Shown: one piece after another, positions 20,342 to 31,017 of the stretch
Layout of the letters: each line of letters opens with the position of its first letter
Numbering within the stretch: position 1 is the first letter of the stretch
Assembly: GCA_900291995.1 (NCBI GenBank)
Contig: OLMU01004592.1
Coordinates: forward strand, 1-32,870
Source: Licmophora abbreviata
Taxonomy: Eukaryota
Reading direction: 5' to 3'
DNA: 32,870 nt
Notes under the pieces: model-generated
What the model was told of the DNA's origin: nothing
The model's database searches: none
What the model saw: only the letters and a program-made list of their open reading frames with translations
Translations under genes and position numbers: made by a program

Positions 20342-21808
20342 ATGATGCGTTGGCTGTCGACTTTCATCCTCCTCGGAGTTATCCCAATGGACCAGGCGGA
20401 GGGTGCATGTACTCTATGTCCTGACGGAAGCCTTTCGCCAACGCCAGAATTGAGAATTCCTAGCCTCCAGGGTGTCGTTTCCTGCGCGGAGTTAGAAGTT
20501 CAAGCCGACGACATCCTTGACGATGCCGAATGTCATCATTTTCGAGAGCTCTCCGGCTTTGCCACTCTCTGTCGCTGCTATCAAACAGAAGATACATGCA
20601 CGTTCTGCGCTGATGGGAGCACCCCCGACACCGTTACCGACATGGACCTCTGCGAAGAAGAGTTCTTGTACATACCCTACCTTGAAATTGGAACGGATGC
20701 TTGTACTCGAACGCAACACACAGGGTTCTTGGAGTGCGGCTGCCCGACTCCCCCAAGTATTGAAGAAGATGCTTGTACCCTCTGTGTGGACGGATCGGAA
20801 CCCACTGCTGATCCCACAACACTCGTGGACGAGACCACCACTTGCAACCAAATGATGGCCATCGCGTCGGGCACGGACAAGGACACGGCAAAATGCCACA
20901 CAATCCAGAGCAGATCAGAAGGACCATGCGGTTGCCCTACAAAGATTGAGCTGTGTGGCCTTTGTGCAGACGGAACAGCGACGCCTTTTCCTGAACGCAT
21001 CATTGATCAGCACAATACGACCTGCGGCGACTTGCATGATGCCGTAGCGACGACGTCCCCCATCTGCGCGAACATACAGTCCGCGGGGCACTTTCTTTGC
21101 GGCTGTCCTACTCTACCTGATATTCAGAACCCTCAAGGACCTTGTACACTTTGTGCCGGCGGAGAAACCTTCAAAGGGGCCTCCACGTTTAACAGCCAAG
21201 ATACTCTGGAACTCACGACGTGTGCCGAGACAGCTGCTGCGGTCTATGCGACGGGGGCAGCATCCTCTCAGTGTCACTATCACCAAGCATATGCATTCCT
21301 TTACTGTGGATGTGAGACGATGCCTGACATGCCCAACGACCCCTCTTGCACACTTTGTGAAGGTGGTGCGAGTCCGCTGTACCCGGACAGCATTGTACCA
21401 GGGTCCGATGGTCTAACGTGCGGCACTGCCAACTCGGTTGTATCCCAGCTGTTTGGCAGCGATGCTTGCGACGACTTGGAAGATCTTCAGGAAGCCTGTG
21501 GCTGTCCGAAACCTGAGCCTTGCACGCTTTGCGCTGGCGTGGGCGGAGGTCTCAATGCGACGACCGTGATTTCCACCGACAGCGGTGAAGTCTCCTGTAG
21601 CGAAATTGACGAGGTTGCAAAGAATTTTGAGTTTGAGACGGACTTGGAAGTATTTCAGACGAGGTGCAGGAACTTCCAAGACCGATACAGTGAAGGATGC
21701 TGCACGGCGATGATGGTGGATGGCACTACGAGTAGCGCAGGCCAGGCCACACTAGCCAAGGCCACACTCGTGACAATTTTGGGTGCATCGATGCTATTTT
21801 CTTACTAG
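20342..21808 (+). CDS. Cysteine-rich repeat cell-surface protein, probably GPI-anchored
   Basis: Signal peptide MMRWLSTFILLGVIPMDQAEG; seven ~55-70 aa repeats C[TG][LF]CxxG...C...C...CxC; C-terminal TTSSA + hydrophobic tail LVTILGASMLFSY with no cytosolic tail. Confidence 0.85.
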   Translation: MMRWLSTFILLGVIPMDQAEGACTLCPDGSLSPTPELRIPSLQGVVSCAELEVQADDILDDAECHHFRELSGFATLCRCYQTEDTCTFCADGSTPDTVTDMDLCEEEFLYIPYLEIGTDACTRTQHTGFLECGCPTPPSIEEDACTLCVDGSEPTADPTTLVDETTTCNQMMAIASGTDKDTAKCHTIQSRSEGPCGCPTKIELCGLCADGTATPFPERIIDQHNTTCGDLHDAVATTSPICANIQSAGHFLCGCPTLPDIQNPQGPCTLCAGGETFKGASTFNSQDTLELTTCAETAAAVYATGAASSQCHYHQAYAFLYCGCETMPDMPNDPSCTLCEGGASPLYPDSIVPGSDGLTCGTANSVVSQLFGSDACDDLEDLQEACGCPKPEPCTLCAGVGGGLNATTVISTDSGEVSCSEIDEVAKNFEFETDLEVFQTRCRNFQDRYSEGCCTAMMVDGTTSSAGQATLAKATLVTILGASMLFSY

Positions 21809-21948
21809 TAGACAAGCCTATGCCTCTGTAGAATATGTGCATAACTACAGTGATACAATACGTCTACCGCTATCGTCTATCTGGTAGCTACCCCATTCTT
21901 TTAGACTTTATGCGTTTTGACATCATAGAATGATACAGTTCTTTCGAG

Positions 21949-22579
21949 TTAGAAAAAGGACGACGAAAAGTCTGCCTGCGTATTGGACACCTTGATGCTG
22001 CCGCACAGCGGAGACATAAGCTTAATGTGTACATGAGGGGCATCCGCAGTCATGGCCGGTGCAATGTCCACATTTCGATCTCCACACAGCGTGATATCAC
22101 TAACAGATACAGTTGTGCCGGGAGGGACTACGAGTTTGACTTCGCAACACATGAGAGAAACAAACAAAAAGGAGGTTGTCGAGCCGGGGGGAAGTCGCGC
22201 TTCCGACATGTCGAACTTATAGTCCCCGCACATCAAGGAAATGTACTTGTGTCGACCCTCCCCAATCTGACGACTCGTTGTTTGTCCGCACAGAAGCGAG
22301 ACGCCACTGAAATTCTTCTCTGCCCGAGGAGGAGGCAATAGTACTACGTTTGGAATAAAGAGACGAGAGTGAGATCGACTGCGATTGCAAAATATGGTTC
22401 GAGTCCCGTTACCCAAGGAGCTCACCTTGTGGGTTGTTGGTAGTCTGATCGGCCAAAGTGCCATAGGTCGCTCCAGTTGCCTGATGCTGCTGCTCAGCAG
22501 GCAATGCTTCTGCGAAAACTATGTCGGGATCGTTCATAGGTACCTCTGCTTTGTCTGGATTCGCTACAAATACTGTCAT
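21949..22579 (-). CDS. Small protein with LiaF C-terminal / DUF2154-like beta-repeat domain (~182 aa); 2 exons (22579-22426, 22343-21949)
   Basis: ATG 22579 in CAAAAATG context; intron 22425-22344 (GTGAGC..TAG, phase 1) joins in frame. Repeated [LM]CG turns, plus DMSEARLPPG, EVKLVVPPG and APHVHIK...LCGSIKV. Confidence 0.65.
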
Positions 22580-22864
22580 TTTTGCTGATCTTTGTTGCTC
22601 TTTTGAATGAGTCGGCGATGATTGATTGATTCAACGCGTTTAGTTGTGTGAGTTGATGATGGGCTTCGCTTTTTGCGATCTGGGACAGAGATCCACAGAA
22701 TTCTCGGGGTCGGAAGCAAGTCCGTTGCTCCGGGTTCTCTAAAAGCACCCGCGCGATCGATCCGAGAAACGACGCGCGCCTAAAAATAACTCCACGATGA
22801 GGACGACGAACGGCTCATCGGCCATGCATGAATCGAATCAGTGAAAGGATCCCTATCAGGTACA

Positions 22865-23650
22865 ATGAAATTCTCTGGTTGTCTAGTGATGAGATCGTCG
22901 TACTTCTTTGGTCATTATGCGAACAGGATTCTTTTTGCCCTCACAATTGTGGCAACATCATGGCGCAGCGCCGCATCGTTCGCGCCGCCTCATCTTACTG
23001 CAAACACGTATCATACTACCCTTTCGGCCAAACAAGAGGCAACCTTTGGAATGGGATGTTTCTGGGCACCCAGCGAGCGACTACTAAAGAAAGATGGTGT
23101 TGTAGATACCGTGGTGGGATACACTGGAAATCCATCATCCCAGTCTCCTCCTACCTACGACAGTGTCTGCTTTGGACGCGACTGGGTCGAGGGAGTTCGT
23201 GTTCTCTATGATGATTCACAAATCACCTACCAAGAGCTGTTGGATGAATTCTTTCAAGCGCAAGAACCGAAACTGGGATCACGACAATACGCATCCATCA
23301 TCTTTCCACATTCAGACGAACAAGAGCGAATCGCGCAGGAGTGGAAACGACAGACTAACATCAACATGACTCGCCAGGACGGAGTGTCGATGAAAATGAC
23401 CAGCATTGAACCCCTGTCGTCCTTCTATCAAGCAGAAGGATACCATCAGCGATATTGGCAAAAAATGCGTCCGCGATTTGCAGCGGCGGCGGCGCTTCTT
23501 GCCGTTGCTTCAGGAGTACTAGATTCAGTCGTTCCGATTGACTTTCAGTCGGGGCTCCGTACCGCCGCCAACGGCGCCATTCTTCTAGGGTGCGTCTACA
23601 TACTACTAGAGCGAAAGCTGGATGCAAAGGTGATCAAACTCGAGTCATAA
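22865..23650 (+). CDS. msrA: Peptide methionine sulfoxide reductase MsrA, plastid-targeted, with C-terminal hydrophobic helices
   Basis: FGMGCFW catalytic motif, VGYTG, GSRQYASIIF and FYQAEGYHQRY. Presequence ILFALTIVATSWRSAAS-FAP (ASAFAP-like). Start 22865 or 22889. Confidence 0.92.
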   Translation: MKFSGCLVMRSSYFFGHYANRILFALTIVATSWRSAASFAPPHLTANTYHTTLSAKQEATFGMGCFWAPSERLLKKDGVVDTVVGYTGNPSSQSPPTYDSVCFGRDWVEGVRVLYDDSQITYQELLDEFFQAQEPKLGSRQYASIIFPHSDEQERIAQEWKRQTNINMTRQDGVSMKMTSIEPLSSFYQAEGYHQRYWQKMRPRFAAAAALLAVASGVLDSVVPIDFQSGLRTAANGAILLGCVYILLERKLDAKVIKLES

Positions 23651-23695
23651 GGTGTTTTTATAGCCACGCGAGTAGTTCTTGTTAGTCACTGAACG

Positions 23696-24734
23696 TCACT
23701 TGCCCTTGTACACTGGCGATCGTCCTTCGCGAAAGGCTGCAAGTCCCTCCAGACGATCTTCCGTTGCGATGGTACGAGAGTAGCATCGTCGCTCAATGAA
23801 AAGTGCATTCGCCATGTCATGAGCGTCCATCCCGGAATCAATAGCCTCCTTTGCTGCACGAATCGCCACGGGACCATTCTTGGCAATCGTCCATGCCATA
23901 CTGCGAAGCAAGAGAGTAGAGAAATGGAAGTCAAAGGTGAGTTGGCCAACACGAAATCTCAACACAAAAAAGACCCTCCAAGCCCTGAGCAAACAGGTAC
24001 CCAGGAACCACTCACTCGATGGCTTCGGATTCTGCTTTTCCGTCGTCCACGACATGTTGCACGACTCCGTACTCCAGTGCAGTTTCCGCATCAATTCGTC
24101 GTCCCGTATAAATCAACTCCTTCGCACGAGCCACCCCAATCAACCTTGGTAGACGCTGTGTACCCCCAGCCCCCGGCACAATGGCCAGGGTCGCTTCGGG
24201 GAGTCCCATGGTAGCACCACGTCCCGCGATTCGTATATCGGCCGCCAGCGCCAGCTCAAGCCCCCCTCCCAATGCCACTCCATCGATTGCTGCAATGATG
24301 GGCATGGGCAGTCGCGCCAGTCGCTCCATGGTGGAGCGTAGTTTCGAGACAAAGGCGACGACGTCCTCTTGCGTCATGGTCGCCCGCTCCTTGAGGTCGG
24401 CTCCGGCGGAAAAGACTTTGGGGGATGAGGAGGAAGTTATCACTACACACCGCGTTACATCATCATGCTCGAGTGTATGTATCGTATTGTTGAGTTCTTG
24501 CAGCATGGTGGATCCCATGGCGTTGGCCTTGGGGCGATTCAAGGTCAGGGTAGAGATGCAGCTACTGGCTTCTTCGAGGCGGTCGAGGAGAACTTGAGAA
24601 GCAACAGGACTTGTTCCGCCGGAAGATGTAAAATTTCGTGTCAGGATTCGACTGGAGCATGACTTTGGCCACCATACAGCACAGTTACTACTCTGAAGTA
24701 GCCTCGCTCTCACGAAAGGGCCCATCATGGACAT
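23696..24734 (-). CDS. AUH: Enoyl-CoA hydratase family, methylglutaconyl-CoA hydratase (AUH)-like, mitochondrial; 2 exons (24734-24016, 23900-23696)
   Basis: FSAGADLKER, ALGGGLELALAAD, GLPE...PGAGGTQRLPRLIG and TEDRLEGLAAFREGRSPVYKGK. Intron 24015-23901 (GTGAGT..CAG, phase 2). CCACCATG start and an Arg/Ser-rich presequence. Confidence 0.9.
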
Positions 24735-25054
24735 GGTGGAGGCTGAAGACACAGAATGTGATGGGAACAGAAAAAAAACTTGATGCGATACAACAAAAGA
24801 GGACGAGGGACTGACGGTCGCGCAAAAAACGAATCGTTCGACTTAACCCAACAAGTTGGCGCGACGCACTCACCCTGACAAATGAAAAATGAAAAATGGC
24901 CCTCGTGGCTCGTCACGGGGTCGCGGGTTGGGTCTTCAACAGTCTCATCGCCACGACCACTGCAGCTGCTGACTGGATCCCACCTCTCAACACTTTGTTT
25001 GACTTCCTGACCACCGCATAGTTTCTGTTGTCCACTGCTGCAAGCGTTATTAAA

Positions 25055-25815
25055 ATGAGAGTGTCTCTGATCCTACTGTTTCCCACCATTGCATCCTGCT
25101 GCCTTGGCTTCAACGTCGCCCCCTCATTGGCCACGAAAGCGCCGCCGCGCAACACCAGACTGAAGATGGTAAACTTTCTGGAGAGAATTTTTGGAAGCAA
25201 AACTTTCGATTCTCCCTGCATCATGGGAGACGAGAGCATCATGAGCCCGAAAGCGCATGGCACGAGTAACACGCCTGTGCAATCCAACCTGCGTTGGAAC
25301 TGTGACTTTCAGACGGCCGATCGTATCTGTAACTTCAATAGACACTATGCGGAACGCAGGTATGTTTCTCTTTGTCATCAGAAATGTATGCAATGTCATC
25401 CGAGTAGACGCTAGCAAATGTTAACCTTGTGACTATTGCGATTCTCTCTCTTACTTCCAGAGGCTACTGGACCAGTACGTCCTTTGTTGAGGAAGCACGG
25501 AAAGAATACGAAGAAACGGGGCAAGTCAAGTTTCAGGACAGTAACACAGGGAAGCTATTGTTTGTAGCGCCGAAGGGACGGACGCTGGATGAATTCTTGC
25601 AAGAGTCTGTGAGTCATGGTTGGCCGTCGTTTCGTGACAACGAGGTGGTGTGGGATAACGTACGGTGCTTGAAGGACGGAGAAACTGTGAGTGTCGATGG
25701 AACGCATCTTGGACACAATTTACCGGATGCCATTGGGTCACGGTACTGCATCAATCTTGTGTCTGTAGCGGGAAGGCCATCGGGAGACTCAGACACTGCT
25801 GCTAGCGTGGAATAA
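25055..25815 (+). CDS. MsrB (SelR)-like methionine-R-sulfoxide reductase, plastid-targeted; 2 exons (25055-25359, 25461-25815)
   Basis: HGWPSF, GTHLGH and RYCIN motifs. Intron 25360-25460 (GTATGT..CAG, phase 2). Signal peptide MRVSLILLFPTIASCCLG-F. Confidence 0.85.
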
Positions 25816-25840
25816 CAGCACCAGAGCCAGGTTAGTGACA

Positions 25841-26347
25841 TCAGTTTTCGCTAGTTTTCTCTTCTCTGTGATTCTGCGCTTCAAAAGCATCGAGCTCAAA
25901 AAAGGCAATGACTCCCTGATGCTTTGAATAGCCCGGTCGTTGCAATAGACTCTGCACAAACTCTTGTAGCTGTCCCAATCGATTCTGCTTAAATTCTTCA
26001 TTTTGCTTCTGAAAGAAACACGTTCCTGGGGGAAAGTCAAGAGGAACGTCGTGTGCATGGGACGCCCTCACAGATGTTTCCTCTCTCACCGGGGGCGACC
26101 TCCTAAGTTCCTGGTACATGGATTTGAACTGCGAGAATCGTCGATACACTGTCCTCTGCTGATGTTCACAAAAGACATTAATTTGATAGTAGACGGCAGG
26201 AAGGTGACGATTTCCATCTACTCGAGTAGCATCATTACATCCCGGCGGGAGGCTGGACCGTTCCTCGGCCGATTCCAGCTTGACGGTGAAGAAGGTATGG
26301 TCGTATCTTGGCGACCAGTTTTCGGGAGAAAGGTAAAAGAGAGTCAT
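25841..26347 (-). CDS. Stand-alone PX (Phox homology) domain protein
   Basis: VYYQINV, VYRRFSQFKSMYQEL, Pro-rich PLDFPP, and NRLGQLQEFVQSLL...VIAFF. Confidence 0.8.
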   Translation of the reverse strand: MTLFYLSPENWSPRYDHTFFTVKLESAEERSSLPPGCNDATRVDGNRHLPAVYYQINVFCEHQQRTVYRRFSQFKSMYQELRRSPPVREETSVRASHAHDVPLDFPPGTCFFQKQNEEFKQNRLGQLQEFVQSLLQRPGYSKHQGVIAFFELDAFEAQNHREEKTSEN

Positions 26348-26772
26348 CCTTCTTGAACAATTTTAAAAAAAACTCTACCTCGGTGCGGATTGTACACACA
26401 GTATAGAGTGAATGCAAGGATAGAGAAGCTCGAGAACGAAGGCCTCTCGGGATGCACCTCTCGATGTGTGATGTGAGGTGTATGCGGGCATGTCACGAGC
26501 GGCGTTTCGATGAGCTGTGCTCGCGCGCACCTTTTGTAGATTGGCGCTCCTTTTTCTAAAAGGTTCGGCAGTCACGAACACCTCGAGATGCAAATTTGAA
26601 AGAAATGCATGCTCACGCGTCTTCTGTGTTTTCGATGCTGTTGCGGCCTGTGGCACCTCATGTCTTGCTGCCGTATCGAAGCGAAAGTAAAGGATCGAAG
26701 GTCTCATCAAGGACTCTGTTTGGAACACCTTTTGATTGAGAAAGAAGAAGATTACCCGGAAAATTCACAGCC

Positions 26773-29700
26773 ATGAAGTCGCCTTCGGAACGAGTCCTGG
26801 ATATCATGTCCCGCATGTCGTTAGAGGACAAAATTGGCCAGATGTCGCAAATTGACGTGTCGTTGTTGATTGAAAAGGACCCGAATACCAACAAGGTTAC
26901 CGTGTCGGAGGTAAGAAAAAACAAGAAATGAACGTGGCGGAAGATCGGACTCGGGTACTTGTTTCAGCCTTGCAGCTACGGTTATAACGGCGTAGAACTC
27001 TCGTTCGACTCACGATAACCAACTACACTTTGCAATTCCTTTTTCTTCAGGAAAAGCTTAGCCACTACTTTGGCGAGTTGGGTATTGGATCGCTGCTAAA
27101 TCTCGTGGGCGACGAACGCTGGGAGGCACAGCGGTACCGAGAAATCTTGCTCCGAATTCAAGACATTCGAAACGCGTACGATCGTCCGCCCGTCATCTGG
27201 GGTCTCGACAGTGTTCATGGGGCAAATTATATCAATCGAGCCATTCTGACTCCCCAGCAGCTGAATTTGGCCACATCGTTCAATACGACAGTCGCCTACA
27301 ATGCGGGAAAATTAGCCAGTCGCGACACGCGGGCGGCGGGGATCAATTGGTTGTTTTCTCCCATTCTTGGACTGGCGTTGGAGCCTCGGTGGAGTCGCGT
27401 GTATGAAACGTTCGGAGAAGATCCAAAATTAGTCAGTGCAATGGCATCGGCTTTAATATCCGGCATTCAAGTGCCCGACGATCAGGGCAGTGTGCCGTCT
27501 CGGGCTGCAGCATGTGCCAAACACTTTGTAGGCTATTCGAAACCGCGTGACGGACACGATCGCAGTCCGAGCTGGATTCCAACGAGGCATCTATACCAGT
27601 ACTTTGTCCCACCGTGGAGAACAGTAGCTAAAGAGGTCAAGACTGTCATGGAAAGTTACAATGACTATGACGGTGTTCCGAATGCGGCGAATCACAAGAG
27701 TCTTTCCTATTTGTTGAGACAACAGCTGGGATTCGAAGGGGTCTTGGTGACGGACTATCAAGAAATCCTGAACCAGTATTCCTGGCACCACATAACGCCA
27801 TCAGAAGAAGAAGCCACCATTTACTCTTTACACGAGGGCACCGTTGATATGAGTATGATCCCTCTGGATCCTGATGGCTTCCGTATTGCTGTACAGAAGG
27901 GCATTAGCTCAGGAAGAATTTCAATGGAGCGGCTTGATCGTAGTGTCGAACGAGTTCTTTCTCTCAAGGAAGACTTGGGAATGATGGATGAATTTCTGGA
28001 GCGCGGGGACCTGAACTTACAAAAGATTGGAAATACAGTGGATCGAACAGACGCGTTGGATATGGCTCATCAAGGAATCATCCTGGCCGAGAATCACGAC
28101 GGAATGCTTCCTCTCAACAGGTCTGCCCCGCTCAAAGTTCACATCACGGGACCGACCTCGAACTCTTTGAGGTACCAGAGTGGGGGGTGGACGTTCCAAT
28201 GGCAAGGCGTTGAAGACAGTGATGGATGGTTCGACTATGGCGCGACTGTGCTAGATGCATCTAACTCTTTATCAGACACTTGGCAGGTAACCTACAGCTG
28301 TGGCATTGACATTCTTGGTGAGGTCTGCTCAGAGTCGCCACAAGGCAAGATCTCGTCGAGCGTAATCGACCAAGTCGCTGACCTCTTTGGGCTCGGCCAC
28401 GAACATCCAATTCCCTCCATCGAAGAATCTCTAGGGTTTGCATCACAGTCGGACTATGTCGTCGTATGTGTAGGCGAGGAGAACTACGCGGAGAAGCCAG
28501 GTGACATACGCTCGATGGCGCTGCCCGACGGCCAGATTGAGCTTGTGCGGGCGCTTTCGAAGGAGGACGCAAAGATCATTCTGGTGTACTTTGGAGGTCG
28601 CCCTCGTCTGCTTGACGAAATGGTGGTAAGTTGCATGGTCTATTCTAGGTATGCACGTGAGCCTATCGTTTTTTCCAGCACTCGCTCAACGTGCGCTCTT
28701 TATTTTCAAATCAGGAATTTGCCGATGCTGTGCTTTTGGGATTTCTACCCGGCCCCGACGCTGGTACTGCTATTGTAAACATCATGACCGGAGAGGTGAA
28801 CCCGAGCGGCCGATTGCCAATCACGTATCCAAAGTACGAAGATGGTGGCGGTGCCCCCTATTTCCATGCTGTGTCAGATCAGTGCACGCGTGGCACTGGC
28901 GCGTTACCGCATTGGGAGTACATCCCCTGTGAAGTGCAATGGCCATTCGGACACGGTCTGAGTTACACTTCGTTCGAATATTCTGAGCTCTCCCTCAACA
29001 CCAACGTCCTCAAGTACCGAGCTCCCGGGCAAACACGTAGACTGAAAGACGACCCAGATGCGCTATTCGTCTCAGTCAATGTGAAGAATACGGGCTCAGT
29101 GGCAGGATCGGAAGCAGTCCTATTCTTCACCTTCGATGGAAGTCGCCACACGACACCAGAGTACAAGAGACTGCGGGCCTTTGAGAAGGTCCATCTCGCT
29201 CCAGGGGAGGAGCAAGTCGTCACAATCAATCTGAGTTTGAGTGATCCAGATTTCCAGTCGGTTGGGCCACACGATGACACCCACCTTATCGTGCAGGACG
29301 GCCTTGGATTTTGGGTGGGGGTTGGAGCCCACGTTGACTGTCGCCAGGCAAGCGACTCCGCTCAGTGCTCAAGCTACGTCGTGGTCGACGCCGCAGACGA
29401 CTACAGCAGTGCTTGCGACGCGGCATGCTCAGCGTGGGAGCAAAGCGGATGCACTAGCGTTTACGGTCTATCTCCTGGAAAATGTTGGAACATGTGCACC
29501 TCGAACAGCTCAAAGGCAGAAGGGATGGACGGTTGGTAAGAAATTGTATGGCTGTAACGCGAATGCATTTGGCGGGACCATGTCATTCCTTTCCGCTAAC
29601 ATGAGCTTCTTCGTCAATTGCCTCTCTAGGGGATGGAACTATGTAAACTGCATAGAGAAAGTGGCTTACGATATCACTCAGGCTGGGGGAGACACGAGAG

Positions 29701-29945
29701 ATCTCTGTTTGAAAATGACAGGCCAATGTCGAAATATCTTTGCAGATGCCCCAACCCTTCCGACTGGAGCACACACCGGCCTGCCAGTTATTGCGATTGT
29801 CCTGGCCTTGGCATCTGGACTCATCACGACCTTCTTTATTCGGTTTGCCATGCGTGGCGGCCTGTCGAGGTTTGACTCGCAATCTCGAGCTCGCGGGGAG
29901 CATGGCGATGTTCAGTTTTCTGTTGTGGAAGGGGGATTCGACTGA
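26773..29945 (+). CDS. GH3 beta-glucosidase with Fn3-like domain, Cys-rich module and C-terminal TM anchor; 4 exons (26773-26910, 27051-28625, 28715-29535, 29630-29945); 5' end uncertain
   Basis: MSLEDKIGQMSQ, GLDSVHGA, WSRVYETFGEDP, CAKHFVGY, VTDY nucleophile, GEENYAEKPGD, NPSGRLPITYP, FGHGLSYTSF and RLRAFEKV. Introns 26911-27050, 28626-28714 and 29536-29629 are all phase-consistent. TM segment LPVIAIVLALASGLITTFFI. Confidence 0.93.
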
Positions 29946-31017
29946 CTGTTTTTGTATCGTACTTTGTATTCCATTTAATGCTAGGCGGACTTTACTCTTT
30001 ATCCCCCCCCCGGAAGAATTGCTGCTCGTATCAGTATCATCACTGTCACTCGAGTCTTCTGATGAGGAACTATCATCGCCGCTTCTGTCACTATCTGAAT
30101 TGCTGGCTAGAGATGGCGGGAGGGCGGGGCGGACTCTTCTCGGGATGGGTTGCATCGCCAACGGACCGAGGTCATCATCGTCAAGCTCTAACCACTCCTC
30201 CATTGTATCCTCGGTCTCTTGGCGTTCTAGAACTCCTGTGAGAGCGAGAAGCTTGTTGACAAAGGTCTCAACTGGCGGGTACCGCGACTTGGCCTGCTCT
30301 AGAGCTTCCTCTTGCCCCGTCATCCCACTTACTCCGATCCGGTTCGAAGCAGTGTCAATATCAGAAATTATGTGTCTCAGACCTCCATCCTGGAGCTCCC
30401 GCTTGAGCCATCCCGACTTGTCCATTGCATCCATCATTTCCTTTGTCACTTTCCAGCCCTCGTCCAATTCCTCGTCGTCGTCAAGCTCTTGACGTCTATG
30501 TATCGAATTAACCAGGGGATCACGCAGTAGCAAATCGGATGGCAAATACTTGCTCTTTTCTGTCAGTGGCTGCAACAAGGAGGCATTCTTCGAGACCTTT
30601 GGATCCCCGCATCCATTCTCTTTGTGAGTTCGGCAGCAAGCGACGCTGCAGTACGATGCACGACACTTTGGACACTTGTATCTTTCAAGGTAGCACATGG
30701 CGAGGGAGACGCGGTAAGAAAGGATTTCCTTTCTTTCCATCGCAAACACATACAAAATTCACGTACTTTGGGCCTTCTGCATCACACTGAGAACATCGGA
30801 GAGGTGGCGAAACTTCCTTGACGGGTCCGTTTGTGCTGCGCCGTGGCCGCCCCTGCCGCGAGTCGCCCCCGCGATGCGTCGGATGACGTCCATCTGGCCT
30901 CGGGCGCTTCTTTCCTTGAAATTTTCTTTCTCTTTGCCCAGATGAAGGCAGTATGACATCTGAATCACGGTCCACTCGTGCCGTTGACGCCACAGGAAGA
31001 GCAGATTTCGACGCCAT
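29583..31017 (-). CDS. zf-HIT domain protein (ZNHIT3/Hit1-like); 2 exons (31017-30767, 30681 onward); true 3' end probably near 29990-30000
   Basis: Intron 30766-30682 (GTACGT..AAG, phase 2) restores CSQC...PKYKCPKCRASYCSVACCRTHK...C. LKRELQDGGLRHIISDID...VETFVNKLL resembles the Hit1 C-terminal domain; acidic Ser/Asp tail. As assembled, the frame runs on to TGA at 29583. Confidence 0.8.
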
